64,000 nucleotides of DNA from Eledone cirrhosa (lineage: Eukaryota), in assembly GCA_964016885.1 (NCBI GenBank), contig OZ024741.1, positions 135,966,001-136,030,000 of the forward strand, read 5' to 3'. Numbering within the stretch: position 1 is the stretch's first letter; each line of letters starts with the position of its first letter. Below are positions 11,231-22,986 of the stretch, piece after piece. The notes under the pieces are model-generated. The model searched no databases and was not told the DNA's origin. It was given only the letters and a program-made list of their open reading frames with translations. The position numbers and the translations under genes were made by a program.

Positions 11231-14200
11231 TTACAGATATATACTCAGAGTCGGCCCATTCACTCGGGCCATTCTTGCTTCTCTCACCCATCTTTCAACA
11301 AAATGCTGGGAAGAGAGCACTTCCCTCTCTACTCTGATTTTCCTTTTCAAATGAAATTTGAAAAAGTCAATCAGAGCATCACCGAAGAGGTAAGTGCTCG
11401 TCTTCAGCCCTTTCAAACGTGTCCACCATACTATCTCTTTCGCCATGGCCACCAGGCAGATAAAAACTGCCTGCCCTTCCCGGCTAAAGAAGGAGGGCGG
11501 GGCAATCCTCACGATGGACTCAGATGATAGCCGGATCCGTCCTAAACGCGACAGCAGGTGTTCGACATAAACCCACAAGTCAGCAATTTTCGGACACTGG
11601 ACGAGTGCGTGCAGGACGGTTTCGTCGCCCTGCGCGCATCTCGGACATGCCCGGCTGACGGCACCTCCATGCCTGTAGAGTTTATCCCGAACTGGCAAGG
11701 CTCCTCGGTAGCACTGCCAGGCCAGAGATTTCTGGAAGTTGTCCATAGGCCCCGGCCCGAAAGTTCTTCCGAAGAGATTGGCTAGTTGATTTTCGTCGAC
11801 GCCTAGAGTTTCCCCAAGTACGTCGTCGCTCTTCCCCTCCACTAATCCTCTATAGAACGCCGAGGTGGAGTTGCCACCGATCACATTGCCCGATTGGTCG
11901 AGGGCTGTGAGCGCCTGAAGACATTCCAGTCTCCAGGCGCTCCCTCTCGGTCTTCGCTTGACCCAGGACTGCAGCTCCGTCAAGGAAACGAGCTGGAGAA
12001 ACACGCGTCTAGCAAACGGCGACCACACCTGATCACCGTCGAGGAAGAGGTGGAGATGTCGTAGCCTGAGCGCGTGCCTGCGCATCATCAGCCACGGCAT
12101 GCCCAGCCCTCCACGTAGCGGGTGTTGACAACAGATCGACCGCCTGACCATCGGAGCGCGTCCCTTCCACAAAAAGCGAAAGAGAAAACGCTCCAGCGCA
12201 GTCAGGCGAGGCTTAGGACAAGGTACGACGGTCAGGCGGTAGCAGATGACGGACGCGATGTACGCGTTAGCCACCTCCGCTCGACCTTTCAGGGATAGCT
12301 TCCTCTCGGCCCATTTCTGGGTGAGAGAAGCCACCCTGCTCGTCACCTCGTCCCAGTTTTTGTCCGTCTGGAGGTCCGGACCGAACCAGACCCCTAGCAA
12401 TTTAACCGGTCCGTCCGTCCAGCGTCCGACGACGCTGTTGGACGGCATGGACCTGCCTCTCCAGGTGCCGAGCTGCAGGCCCACTGACTGTTCCTGGTTG
12501 ATCATTGCTCCTGTCACCGCTTCGTATTCTCTTAGTGTAGTGCCGATCGCCTCTATGTGTTTGGCGTTCGACACCACTACGGTGACATCGTCCGCATATG
12601 CTGACACGGATCTTCCGCATCCTAGTTCGCGCGGGACTCCCCTCAACGTCTCCAGTTTGTGCAGTAATGGCTCGAGAGTCAATACGTACAAGAGGGACGA
12701 GAGGGGACATCCTTGGCGGACCGAGCGCATGATGTTGAACGGTTCCGACAGGTGACCGTTCACTCTCACCACAGAGCAGATGTCGCTGTGCATGGCAGCG
12801 ATTCAGCCTCTGAAGACGGGCCCAAAGCCAGCCGCCCTCAGGACTGCCGCTAGGTAACGATGGTCGACCCTATCGAAAGCTTTCGATTGATCTAAATTGA
12901 TCAAGGACCCACCCGTGCCAGGTTCCTTAGCTACCCTCTCTATGATGTATCGCATGAGGTGGAGGTTGTCGTGGATGGATCTGTCGGGAATGGCGCATGT
13001 CTGCGCCTCTCCCACCAGACCACCAACGACAAGCGCCAACCTCTTTGCTAGCACCTTGGCCAAAATCTTGAACTCTGTGTTTAGCAGAGTTAAGGGCCGG
13101 AAATTATCTATGTTATCCCCCTTGTTCGGATCCTTTCTCAGCAGTGCCACCGCTCCTCGGCTCACAGAACTGGGAATTCTCCCGTTCTGTTGCCAGTTGC
13201 AGTAGACGTCCGCCAAGAGGCCTCCGAATAAGTCTGGCATCTGTACGTAAAGTTCATAGGGCAGACCATCCAAACCAGGCGATTTACCCCTTGTGCAGCC
13301 AGTCATTGCCTCCCTTACTTCAGCGGCTGTTATCGGCTTTTCGCAACACTTCGCCTCAGTGGCCGAGAGCCGCGGCAGTCCGTCGAGGTAGACACTAAAG
13401 TCCATCCCTCTACTCGGCCCACCGCTTCCCCCGAACAGCTGAGCGAAGTGTCGCTGAAAAGCTTCACACATTTGCCCGGGATCGAGTAGCATGCGCCCGT
13501 CGTGGTCCACCAAAGACCGGATCGTGGCTTTGTTGCCACGACGCGCCTCCGCCACTCGGGCCCATTGAACGGCTTTCGTCCCCTCGTGTCTGAGAGCACG
13601 CACCCTTGCTCTGACAACGCAGCCTTCGTGCTTTGCATTGAAGAATTGGTCAAGGACCAATTTCGCCGCAAGCACGTCGGTCGCAATGCCTTTGCTAAAC
13701 GCCTCGTCTAATTTTCTCTATTGCTAAAGCCTTACTAAACCTAATCGATTCTATTCTAATCGTTCTTTTCAGAGCAAACCACCACTTGTTGTTGACGATG
13801 GCCCCCGTCAACGCCCGCTCAACTAGTTCGCTAATCCGGTCTCTGTAGGCCTTGCGCGCTGGTAAGGACGCGTTTAGCTTCCAGTAGCCGGGTCCTCGTC
13901 TATGAAGCCTATCTAAGTCAAGCACACAGATCACAAATTTGTGGTCCGTGTAGCTGACTATCTTGAATTGTGGACAGCCTATGCTAGACCTATCTATTTC
14001 CCTACAAAATACTTTATCTAGATATGATCTGGATGACCCTATGCGATTTGTCCAAGTCCACATTGGCACATTCGGGAAATCCAATCGGTACCTGTCAGAC
14101 AGTTCAAAACGCCTGAGCAGGTTGGTGAGGCTCTTGCACCCTCCACCCCTATCCGCTAATCCCACACAGTCCCAGCGTGCATCTAAGATCCCGTTCCAGT

Positions 14201-14621
14201 CGCCCACTAACACTAAAGAGCGGGACGTTCCAAGAAAGGTCTCCAGACGCCGGAAGAAATCAGGCCGCCCTGCTCCTGTCGGGGCATAGACGGCCACTAG
14301 CCTGAAAGCTTGCTCGTCTCCGCTGGTCACGTCCAGCACCACCAGCTTACCCTCTGGGTCCAGGAAGATGGCCCGTATGGCGAGATCCAAACCTCTCCGA
14401 AAAAGCACAGCAACTCCTCCACCCGATCCAGGACGGCTGGGAGATGCGTACACATCGTAGCCGCCGAAGATCGGTGCGAAGGCCCGTGCTTCGGATATTC
14501 TGGTCTCGCTGATGGCCACTACATCTATGTTTAGTGACCTGAGGTCGTTGAGCAGGTGACCCTGCTTCCATGACGACCCCAAGCCACGCGCATTTATGCT
14601 GCCTATTCTGAGTGAGGTCAT
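11231..14621 (-). pseudogene. ORF2 (APE endonuclease, reverse transcriptase, C-terminal CCHC) of Tx1-like copy 1, disrupted
   Basis: Motifs SINARGL, SETR, VYAP, GDWN, TDH, GYWKLN; QGCPLS, YADD; CPRC..ETVLHALVQC. A ~29-nt deletion relative to copy 2 lies near 13710 and a TGG>TGA stop at 12803..12805. Confidence 0.93.
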
Positions 14622-14656
14622 GTTTAAAATAGAGTGGAAAAGATGGGAAAGACCAC

Positions 14657-16757
14657 TTACCGTACTTTTGGTAGAGGAGGGATGGTTTTTACATCCCTTT
14701 TCACTTGATCGTCTGGTGAAGGGACCGTTGAATCGTCCCTTCGGTTGGTCGTCGGCTCTTCTAAGAGAATGTCTGAATATACTCTTCGATTGATGGTTCC
14801 TCCTAGGTCCCTGAAATCACCAACTGCGTTGGTGAATTTCGTTTTAATGTTTGTGTATTGTTTCTGTGCTATTTTTAGCAGTCTTATGTTAGTTGGCTTT
14901 TTGATTGGTGCTGGTATTATGTAGTCCTGTTGTGAAATGTCTGTGTATTCAATTATGTAAGTCATTAGTTTCTTGTTGTGTGTATTTATTGCCGTGCATT
15001 TGTTTTTCTGGGGGTGGGGTGTGGTTCTGCTATTTTCTTGTCGTTGTTGCTGGGTGTGTGTGTTTTGTTGTTGTGTTTGCGATGTTGGTGCTTGAGGTGA
15101 TAGTGTTGAAGGTGTTGTTGGCGGTGGGGTTGTCGCCGGTGGTGATGGTGGTGCTAGTGTGGGTGGTGATGGTGTTGGTGGTGTTGCTGCTGTGGGTCTC
15201 TTTGCAGTAGACTTTACCCTTTTCTCATTTCTTTCCTCCCTTTTCAAAGGCGACGATGCGCTGCTTCTGCGTTTGTGCCTTCTTACGACCTTTTGCCATC
15301 TCTCTCCCACCTCACACTCCATGTCTGATTCTGTGAGGTCGGGGAGGGGTACCAGCTCCACTCTTTCACTTGTTGTTGGTGATGTTTGCACTGGAGTCTC
15401 TGTTGCAGCTGCATTTGGTATTGCTGTTGTTGTTGTTAATATTTCCACTGCTGCTGCTGTTTTTGATTTCCGTGGCGTGGGTATGGGTGCCACGGACCTA
15501 TCGTTCCTGGTTGCCGCTTGTCCTGTTGCTGGTAGCCGTGGAGCCGGTTTCGGAAGGAGGGGGGGTTTCTCCTTTCTCAGGGTCTTCTCGTTGCAGAAAG
15601 CCCTGAGGTGAGTCTTCGATCCACAGCGAAAGCATTTCGGGCGTTTTCCCTCAACACTTATGGGCAGTTGAGTGCCGTTATCGAAGTCTATCACATCCGG
15701 GATAGCTTCGATGCACTCCTGGTTGGTTTGGATTAGCATCTCAATGGAGGTGCCGACCCAATCTTCTCTTACTTTTTTCTGTACTTGCAGTACAGTTGTT
15801 TTGTCCTCGATTCCGACGAGGACAGATGCGGCCAGCCAAGAAGGGGCCATTCCGGGGGGGGACGTGGGTCAGTTTGACCCTCACAATTTTTTGCCCGCAG
15901 TAGGAGGGCACCAACACCATTTCCTCGCTCCTTAGGGTCACTACTGATTGGGCCTTTGCCTCCTGGGGTGTGGCAAAAAGTACGTCTACGGTGGCATATC
16001 TTTTGCCTCGGGTGATGTGCGTTTTCCGCTGCCACACAGACCCCAAGGCTTTTTGTATCTGAGCCTCTGTGGCTCTTTCCACCCTACGGGATATTGTATT
16101 TATTGTACGGTACGTGACCGTATAGTGCTGTTGGGTTTCGAAAAAATTTTCCGCTGCCTTGCAGATTGCTCGGTGACCGTTCTTTGTCACCATCTTCTTC
16201 GCTTCCTCTAATTCCTCATTTGTTATGAGGATTGTTTCCAAGTTTTTTGCAATACCTGCAAATGAGATTGGTTTTTCTTTGCTGCTGTTGTTGTTGTTGT
16301 CGTCAGAGCTGCTGGTACTTTTGTTGTTGCTGCAGGTACTACGACTACTGCCTCCGCCGCTGTTGCTGTGGTTGTTGTTGCTGTTGCTGCTGCTAATGCT
16401 GTTGTTGTTTATGCTGCTGGTGATGCTGTTGCGGCTGCTACTGTTGCTTTCATTGTCACTGTTGCTGTTGTTATTACGGCTGCTACTGCTATTATTCCTG
16501 ACGTCAGACGAATGAACTGGGTTTTCGTATTTCCCGCACACCTGTTTCGTCGCTGTCGTCGTCGTCGTGGAGAAACCTTGCACGCTTTGCACGAGACTTT
16601 TCTTTTCTTTCGTCGCTTGCGAAAGAGAAGGGAGGGAGAGAGACACATTTAAAGAAGGGAGGGAGAGAGACAATCTTCTCTCTGCTGTAGTGACGATTGA
16701 GGAAAAAGAAGACGGAATGAGTGGGAGTGACCTATGCAAATTCTTTTTCGTAGCCAA
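14657..16757 (-). pseudogene. ORF1 (gag-like, CCHC zinc knuckle) of Tx1-like copy 1
   Basis: CFRCGSKTHLRAFC knuckle. One frameshift at the G run near 15855-15861. The likely start is TTG at 16757, positionally equivalent to the ATG of copy 2. Confidence 0.8.
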
Positions 16758-16973
16758 GTTGTTTTTTTTGTTTAAAATAAATATTGGGTACAAAACCCCA
16801 ATAAGCAGTTATTTAACCCCGAAGGGCCAAATAACGGGCAGAAAGACCCCTCTCACGAGGAGGAGGGTGTTTTTGTCTACAAGTTGGTCTAAGTTTTAAA
16901 CAATTTACAATTGTTAAAGCGTTCAAAATTTACAGTCCCTTACAGAGCCGAGCCTCCGTCAACCATAGCATTC

Positions 16974-17021
<48 letters not shown>
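16974..17021. repeat. (AAT)n tract separating the two Tx1-like elements
   Basis: Seen directly. Confidence 0.95.
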
Positions 17022-17023
<2 letters not shown>

Positions 17024-17297
17024 TTTCATTTATTAGCCACAAGGGCCGACATGTAGGGGACAATACAAAGACAGGGACAGTGGGGGTTTACAATAAGGTC
17101 GAGTAAAAGTGCACAATGGCAAGACTAATTTAACAATGAAAATATAAAATATAAAATAAACTATGCAAAATATAACAAAATAAATTCCCCGATAGGGGGT
17201 GGACGACCCTGGGGTGATTCGGGTACCCCACCAATCCTGAACCACACTGCGCTTCTAGAGCACCCAGGAGAGCACCCCTCTCCTCAAGTTAGCCAGC

Positions 17298-20200
17298 CTA
17301 TAGGCGCATGGTCAGAGTAGGCCCATTCACACGAGCCATTCTTGCCACATTCACCCACCTTTTAGCAAATGTACTGGGGGGCAGCACTTCTCTCTCCACC
17401 CTCACCCTCCTTTCCAGGTGAAACTTGAAGAAGTTGATGAGGGATTGGCCGAAGAGAAAAGTGTCTGTCTTTAGTCCTTTCAACCTGGTCCACCATATAA
17501 TCTCTTTCGCAACTGCCACCAGACAGAGGAAAATGTCCTGCTCTTCCTGACCTAAGGAAGGTGGCGGCTCGATCTTCACTATGGACTCGGCCGATAACTG
17601 GATTCGTTCCACACGCGACAGTAGCTGTTCGACATAACTCCACAAGTCAGTAATGCACGGACATTGGACAAGTGCGTGCAGAACGGTTTCGTCGTTCTGT
17701 GCGCATCTTGGGCAGGTCCGTCTGACAGCACTTCCGTGCCTGTAGAGTTTATCCCGAACCGGCAGTGCCCCCCGGTAGCACTGCCAAGCGAGGGATTTCT
17801 GGAAATTGTCCATCGTCCCCGGCTCAAAAGTCCTCCGGTACAGACTGGTCAGTTCGACTTCGTCGAGGCCCAAAGCTTCTCCGAGTGCGTCATCGCACTT
17901 GCCCACCACTAATCCTCTATAAAACTCGAGAGTGGAAGTTCCACTGATCGCATTGCCCGCTTGGTAGAGGGCAGTGAGTGCCTGGCAACATTCCAGGTGC
18001 CAGTCACCCAGATCGGTCTCTTCTTGACCTTGGACTGCAGCTCAGTCAAAGAAATGAGCTGCGGAAAGGCCCGTCTGTTCACACCTGTTCACCATTGAGG
18101 CAGAATATCTGGAGATGTCGCAGCCTCAACGCATGTCTGCGCATCATTAGCCACGGCATGCCCAGCCCTCCGTGTAGAGGGTGCTGGCAGCAGATGGACC
18201 GCCTCACCAACGGAACTTGTCCCCTCCACAAGAATTTGAAGAGGAGCCGTTCCAACTTGACGAGGCGCGGACGGGGGCAAGGCACGACGGTTAGGCGGTA
18301 ATAGATGACGGACGCGATGTACGCATTCGCCACCTCCGCGCGACCTTTCAGTGATAGCTTCCTCCCAGCCCATTTTTGGGTGAGACTGGCTACTCTGCTC
18401 GTTACCTCGTCCCAATTCTTTTCCACCTGGAGGTCTGGTCCGAACCAAACCCCGAGCAACTTTACTGGTCCGTCCGTCCAGCGCCCCACGACGCTGTTGG
18501 ACGGCATGGGCTTGCCTCTCCAGGTTCCGAGCTGCAAGCCCACCGACTTTTCCGGGTTAAGTTTGGCTCCTGTCAACCTTTCATATTCTTTCAATAAGGT
18601 ACCGACCACCTCGATTTCTGAGGTGTTCGACACCATCACGGTGATGTCGTCCGCATAAGCCGACACCGCCTTTCCACGTCCCGGTTCGAGCGGGATGCCC
18701 TGCAACAGCTCCAGCTTCCGCAGTAAAGGATCGAGAGTCAATACGTACAGAAGGGAAGAGAGAGGGCACCCTTGACGGATCGATCGGGAGAGCCGAAATG
18801 GTTCCGAGAGGTGGCCATTAACTTTGACCACCGAGCGTGTGCCGCTGTGCATTGCAACGATCCAGCTTCTAAAGACAGGGCCGAAGCCAGCTGCTTTGAG
18901 GACAAACTCCAGATACCGATGGTCGACCCTATCGAATGCTTTCGATTGATCTAAATTGATCAGTGCCACACCGAAGCCAGGTTTACACCCTACCCTCTCT
19001 ATGATGTATCGCATGAGGTGGAGATTGTCGTGTATGGACCTGGCTGGGATTGCGCAAGTTTGCGCCTCCCCAACCAAATCCTCGATGACAAGCGCCAATC
19101 TCTTTGCTAACACCTTGGCCAAAATCTTAAACTCTGTGTTGAGCAGAGTTATGGGCCTGAAGTTGTCTAATGTATCCCTCTTGTTCTCGTCTTTCCTTAT
19201 CAGCGTCACCACTCCCCTGCTCACAGAACTGGGAATACTCCCATTCTGCTGCCAGTTACAGTAAAGTGCTTCAAGGAGTTCGGAGAACAAGTCTGGCATA
19301 TTTACGTAAAGCTCGTAGGGCAGGCCATCCAAGCCTGGTGACTTGCGCCTCATGCAGCCGACAAGGGCGTCCTGAATTTCGGCTGAAGTAATCGGCCTTT
19401 CGCAGCGCTCAGCGTCGACCGTCGAGATGCGCGGCAAGCCGTCAAGGTAGGGACTGAAATCCGCTACTCTCTCTGACCCGCCACTCTCCCCGAACAACCG
19501 AGCAAAGTGCTGGCGAAAGGCCTCACACATCCGCTTGGAATCGCTTATCTCGTGTCCGTCTCGGTCCGCCAAAGACCGAATTGTGGTTTTATTACCACGC
19601 TGCGCCTCCACCACGCGGGCCCATCGAACAGCTTTAGTTCCCTCGTTTCTCAGCGCACGCGCCTTAGCTCTGACAATGCAACCTTCGTGTTTGGCATTGA
19701 AGAAATGGTCTAATGCCATTCTCGCCGCTAGCACGTCAGTTGCGATGCCACTACAAATAGCCTCGTCTAACTTATCTACCAGCTCCCCCTCCTTTCTATT
19801 TTTCTCTAACGCTAGTTCTTTGCTGAACTCTATCGAAGTTACTCTAATCTCTCTTTTGAGAGCCCCCCACCATCTGTTGTTGATGATCCCCCCTGTCAAC
19901 TTTTGCTTAACTAACTTATTGACTCGGTCCCTGTAAGCCTTACGTGCCGGAAATGACATGTTCAGCTTCCAGTAACCCGGTCCTAACCTACGCGTTTTAT
20001 TTAGGTCGACCGTACAGATCACAAATTTGTGATCTGAATAGGCGACCGTTTTAAAAAGTGGACAGCCCACACTATTTCTATCTATTTTCCTAATGAAGAT
20101 TCTGTCTATAACGATCTAGATGACCCCATTCGGTTGGTCCATGTCCATACTGGCACATTGGGGAAATCTAGTCGATACCTGTCAGACAGTTGGAACTGGC

Positions 20201-20708
20201 TGAGTAGGTGCTTGAGGCTTTTGCACCCCCCGCTCCTATCGGCTACTCCCACACAATCCCAGCGTGCGTCTAAGATGCCATTCCAGTCCCCCGCTAACAG
20301 TAAAGGGCGAGACGTACCCAGAAAGGTCTCCAGGCGCCTAAAGAAGTCAGGTCGTCCGGCCCCTGTAGGGGCGTAGGCGGCCAGCAGTCTAAAGGCACCA
20401 CCTTCGCTACTGCTCACATCCAAGACCACCAACTTACCGTCCGGGTCCCGGAAGATCGACCTTACCTCGAGATCCAGTCCTTTCCTAAACAGCACTGCCA
20501 CCCCACCCCCCATCCCCGGCCTGCTAACAGATGCGAAGATCTGATAGTCGTCGAAAATGGGGGCTAGTGCACGCGTGTCGGAAATTCTGGTCTCGCTTAC
20601 GGCAATCACATCCATTTCCAGCGACCGGAGGTCGTTGAGCAGGCGACCCTGCTTCCAGGGTGACCCCAGGCCGCGAACATTTACACTTCCTACTCTTAAT
20701 ATGGCCAT
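17298..20708 (-). pseudogene. ORF2 (APE-RT-CCHC) of Tx1-like copy 2, disrupted
   Basis: ORF pieces 20106..20708, 18079..20070 and 17298..17909 are collinear with copy 1. Frameshifts near 20110 and 18080-18005. Confidence 0.92.
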
Positions 20709-22702
20709 ATTGGTAAGCTAAGAGAGAGAGAGAGGGAAGGTTTACTTACCTCCCGAGTCTTGTGAAGGTCGGGTGGTTCGACCTCCATGGTTGGTGGGGT
20801 TTCTTTTGGGAACCCCTTTAAAAGTCTTGATGTGGGTTTCACATTCGGGTTTCCCACGTCTTGAGGAAAGCTCTCTCGAATTTCTTTGAAAGAATTGAGT
20901 GACATTCGGACCAGAAGCAAATCTTCTGGCACACAAAATGTGCTCATTTCAAAAATCTCCCCCTCTGTTTGAATGTCCTCGCTTCGCGCTAAGAGGGCCA
21001 TCAGTTTATCGTTGGCCCTCCTGACAAGCACGAAGTTTTTAACATTTTGTTGGTGTGGTTTTATTTGTTTTCGTTTTGGTGAAAGTGGTGGCGATGGTTT
21101 TGGTGGTGTTGTTTCGAGTATGTCTATGTTTGTTGTAGGAGTGGTGTCTGCAATTTCAGGTATTTGTGTGTTTATTTGTACTTGTGTTTGTTTTGGTTGT
21201 TTGCGTTTCGGGGATTGTGGAGGTGGTGTCGATGTTGCTGATGGTACTGATGTTATTGGGGGAGTGTCTGCGTTAGTGGTGTCTGTATTTTTTGTTGTGT
21301 GTGTTTTTGTGTTTTGTAGGGGCTTTTTTTTTTGTGTGAGTTTTCTCTGTTTTTTTGCGCTTTTGGGTTTTCCTTCATCTTCGCTGCTGGAAGACAAAGG
21401 GTCTGTGTCTGTGAGTGTCTCTGTGTCTGTGTGTGCGTTTATTTTTTTTTTTGTCTATGTGTATAGTTGGGGGGGGGGGTAGGGGGAGTGGGAGAGCTTT
21501 CCTCGTTTTCTCCTTGGATTGGTTTTGGTGTTGGTGGTGGTCCGGCTGATTTTGATGTTGGTGTCCGTGTTTTTGTTGATGTTGTTTTTGGTGGTGGTGG
21601 TGGTGCAACTTTCCGTGCTGACACTGGCGTTGGCAACAAAGGAGGTTTGCGACCCCCTGCATTTTTGCGCTGAGGGCAGAAGGCTTGAAGATGCGTGGCT
21701 TCCCCGCAAACGAAGCAGCGTGGCCTATTCCATCAATCATTAGTTGGATTGTTGTCCCGTCCTGCAGGCGGGCAAAATCTGGGATGTTATTTATATCCTC
21801 CGGTTTCATTTGGAGAAGAATCTCCAAATCTATTCCGGACCAGTCTTCTCTCTCTCTCCTTTTGATGTCCAGGAGGGTGGTGTCTGTCCCCTCCTCGATT
21901 ACGCATCCCAGCAGCCACCATATGTTCATTCCTGGTGGGATGCTGGGAATGCGTACCTTCACTGTCCTTTTACCCATATAGGACGGATGCATGATAATGC
22001 GTTCTGTTCTGCAGGGGATCACCGAGTGCTTAATAGCGAGGGCCTCGGATTTGAACAGTACCGAGATGGTACCGAACTGTTTGCCTCTTGCTTTGTACTC
22101 TATGTTACTTCCGATGTACTCCAACGCAGCCTCTACCTCTGCTTGGCTCGCAAGTTCCACTTTTCGTGTCTGCACCGAAATACATCGAAAGAGCACCGTC
22201 CTCCTTTGCATGGCCGCTATTGCCTCGTCCGGGATGGTCAGGTTTGCCCAGGACTTCTCCCGTTTAATTAGCCTCCACGCTTTGGCTAACTGTTCGTCTT
22301 TATCGCTAATATCAATATCGATATTCAATAAGCGCTTTGTTTTTGCTGCTGCTGCTGCAGCAAATGTGGTGTTTCTGATGCTCTTATTGTTGTTGTTGTC
22401 ATTCTTGCTGTTGCCACCGCCATCCTTGTTTACATTGAAGCTGTCGGTGTTTTTGTCGTTATTGCTCTGAGTTGTTGTTGTTGTGGTGGTGGTGGTGGTG
22501 GCGGTGGTGGTGATGTCGTTTTCAGATGTACTGCTGCTATGCCAGAAGATTGTGATGGTAGCTTTTTAGTTTTGCCTTCACATTCAGTAGAGTGGATGAC
22601 AGGCATGACTGTAGCCGTCATAGTCGTGGTGAAATCTGCAGTGGCTGCCTTTAAACTTTTGACCTGAACGTTGTTCACCGTTTCAAGGTCGAAAATTTCC
22701 AT
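20696..22702 (-). pseudogene. ORF1 of Tx1-like copy 2, several frameshifts
   Basis: ATG at 22702. Shifting frame near 21725 gives RPRCFVCGEATHLQAFC...KPPLLP, matching copy 1 RPKCFRCGSKTHLRAFC...KPPLLP. The C-terminal block aligns with copy 1. Confidence 0.8.
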
Positions 22703-22927
22703 AATTTTCTTTTGGTGGGGAAGCGATTTTTTTTCGAAGATTTTAAAAATAAATCTGAATATTCGGGCTTAAAGCCCGAATATTGAGAGGTATCCCTCTC
22801 TTTAAATCAAGATGTGTACCTTAAGTTTCGTTAATGACAAGAAAATACAAAAAAAGACACTTTAAAACAGCTTAAAGCTACGAACCGTTTCCCCCGCAGA
22901 CTTGTCTGTCTTCACACATGTGCGGCC

Positions 22928-22986
22928 AATAATAATAATAATAATTGTTTCTACTTTAGGCACAAGGCCAGAAATTACCCAGTACA
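22928..22986 (-). mobile_element. 3' stub of Nin-type SINE with (ATT)n tail
   Basis: Minus strand tgtactgggtaatttctggccttgtgcctaaagtagaaacaattattatt matches the SINE 3' ends at 46666..46712. Confidence 0.85.

Larger units (their letters stand above)
10969..16973 (-). mobile_element. full-length Tx1/L1-clade non-LTR retrotransposon, copy 1
   Basis: 5' UTR, zinc-knuckle ORF1, APE-RT-CCHC ORF2 and 3' UTR with AATAAA, flanked on both sides by (AAT)n. Confidence 0.93.
17022..22927 (-). mobile_element. full-length Tx1/L1-clade non-LTR retrotransposon, copy 2 (different subfamily)
   Basis: Same organisation as copy 1, with closely related ORF2 and highly diverged ORF1 and UTRs. (AAT)n on both sides. 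Confidence 0.93.

Noticed and set aside
20718-20749. 32-nt mini-intron between the ORF1 donor and the TAG just before ORF2 of Tx1 copy 2
   Set aside because: Too short for a typical spliceosomal intron, and copy 1 has no equivalent AG.
12246-22470. Plus-strand ORFs antisense to the Tx1 ORFs (e.g. 12246..12755, 18305..18658, 21744..22271), some similar between copies
   Set aside because: Their similarity is explained by conservation of the sense ORF2 in GC-rich sequence; there is no independent coding signal.
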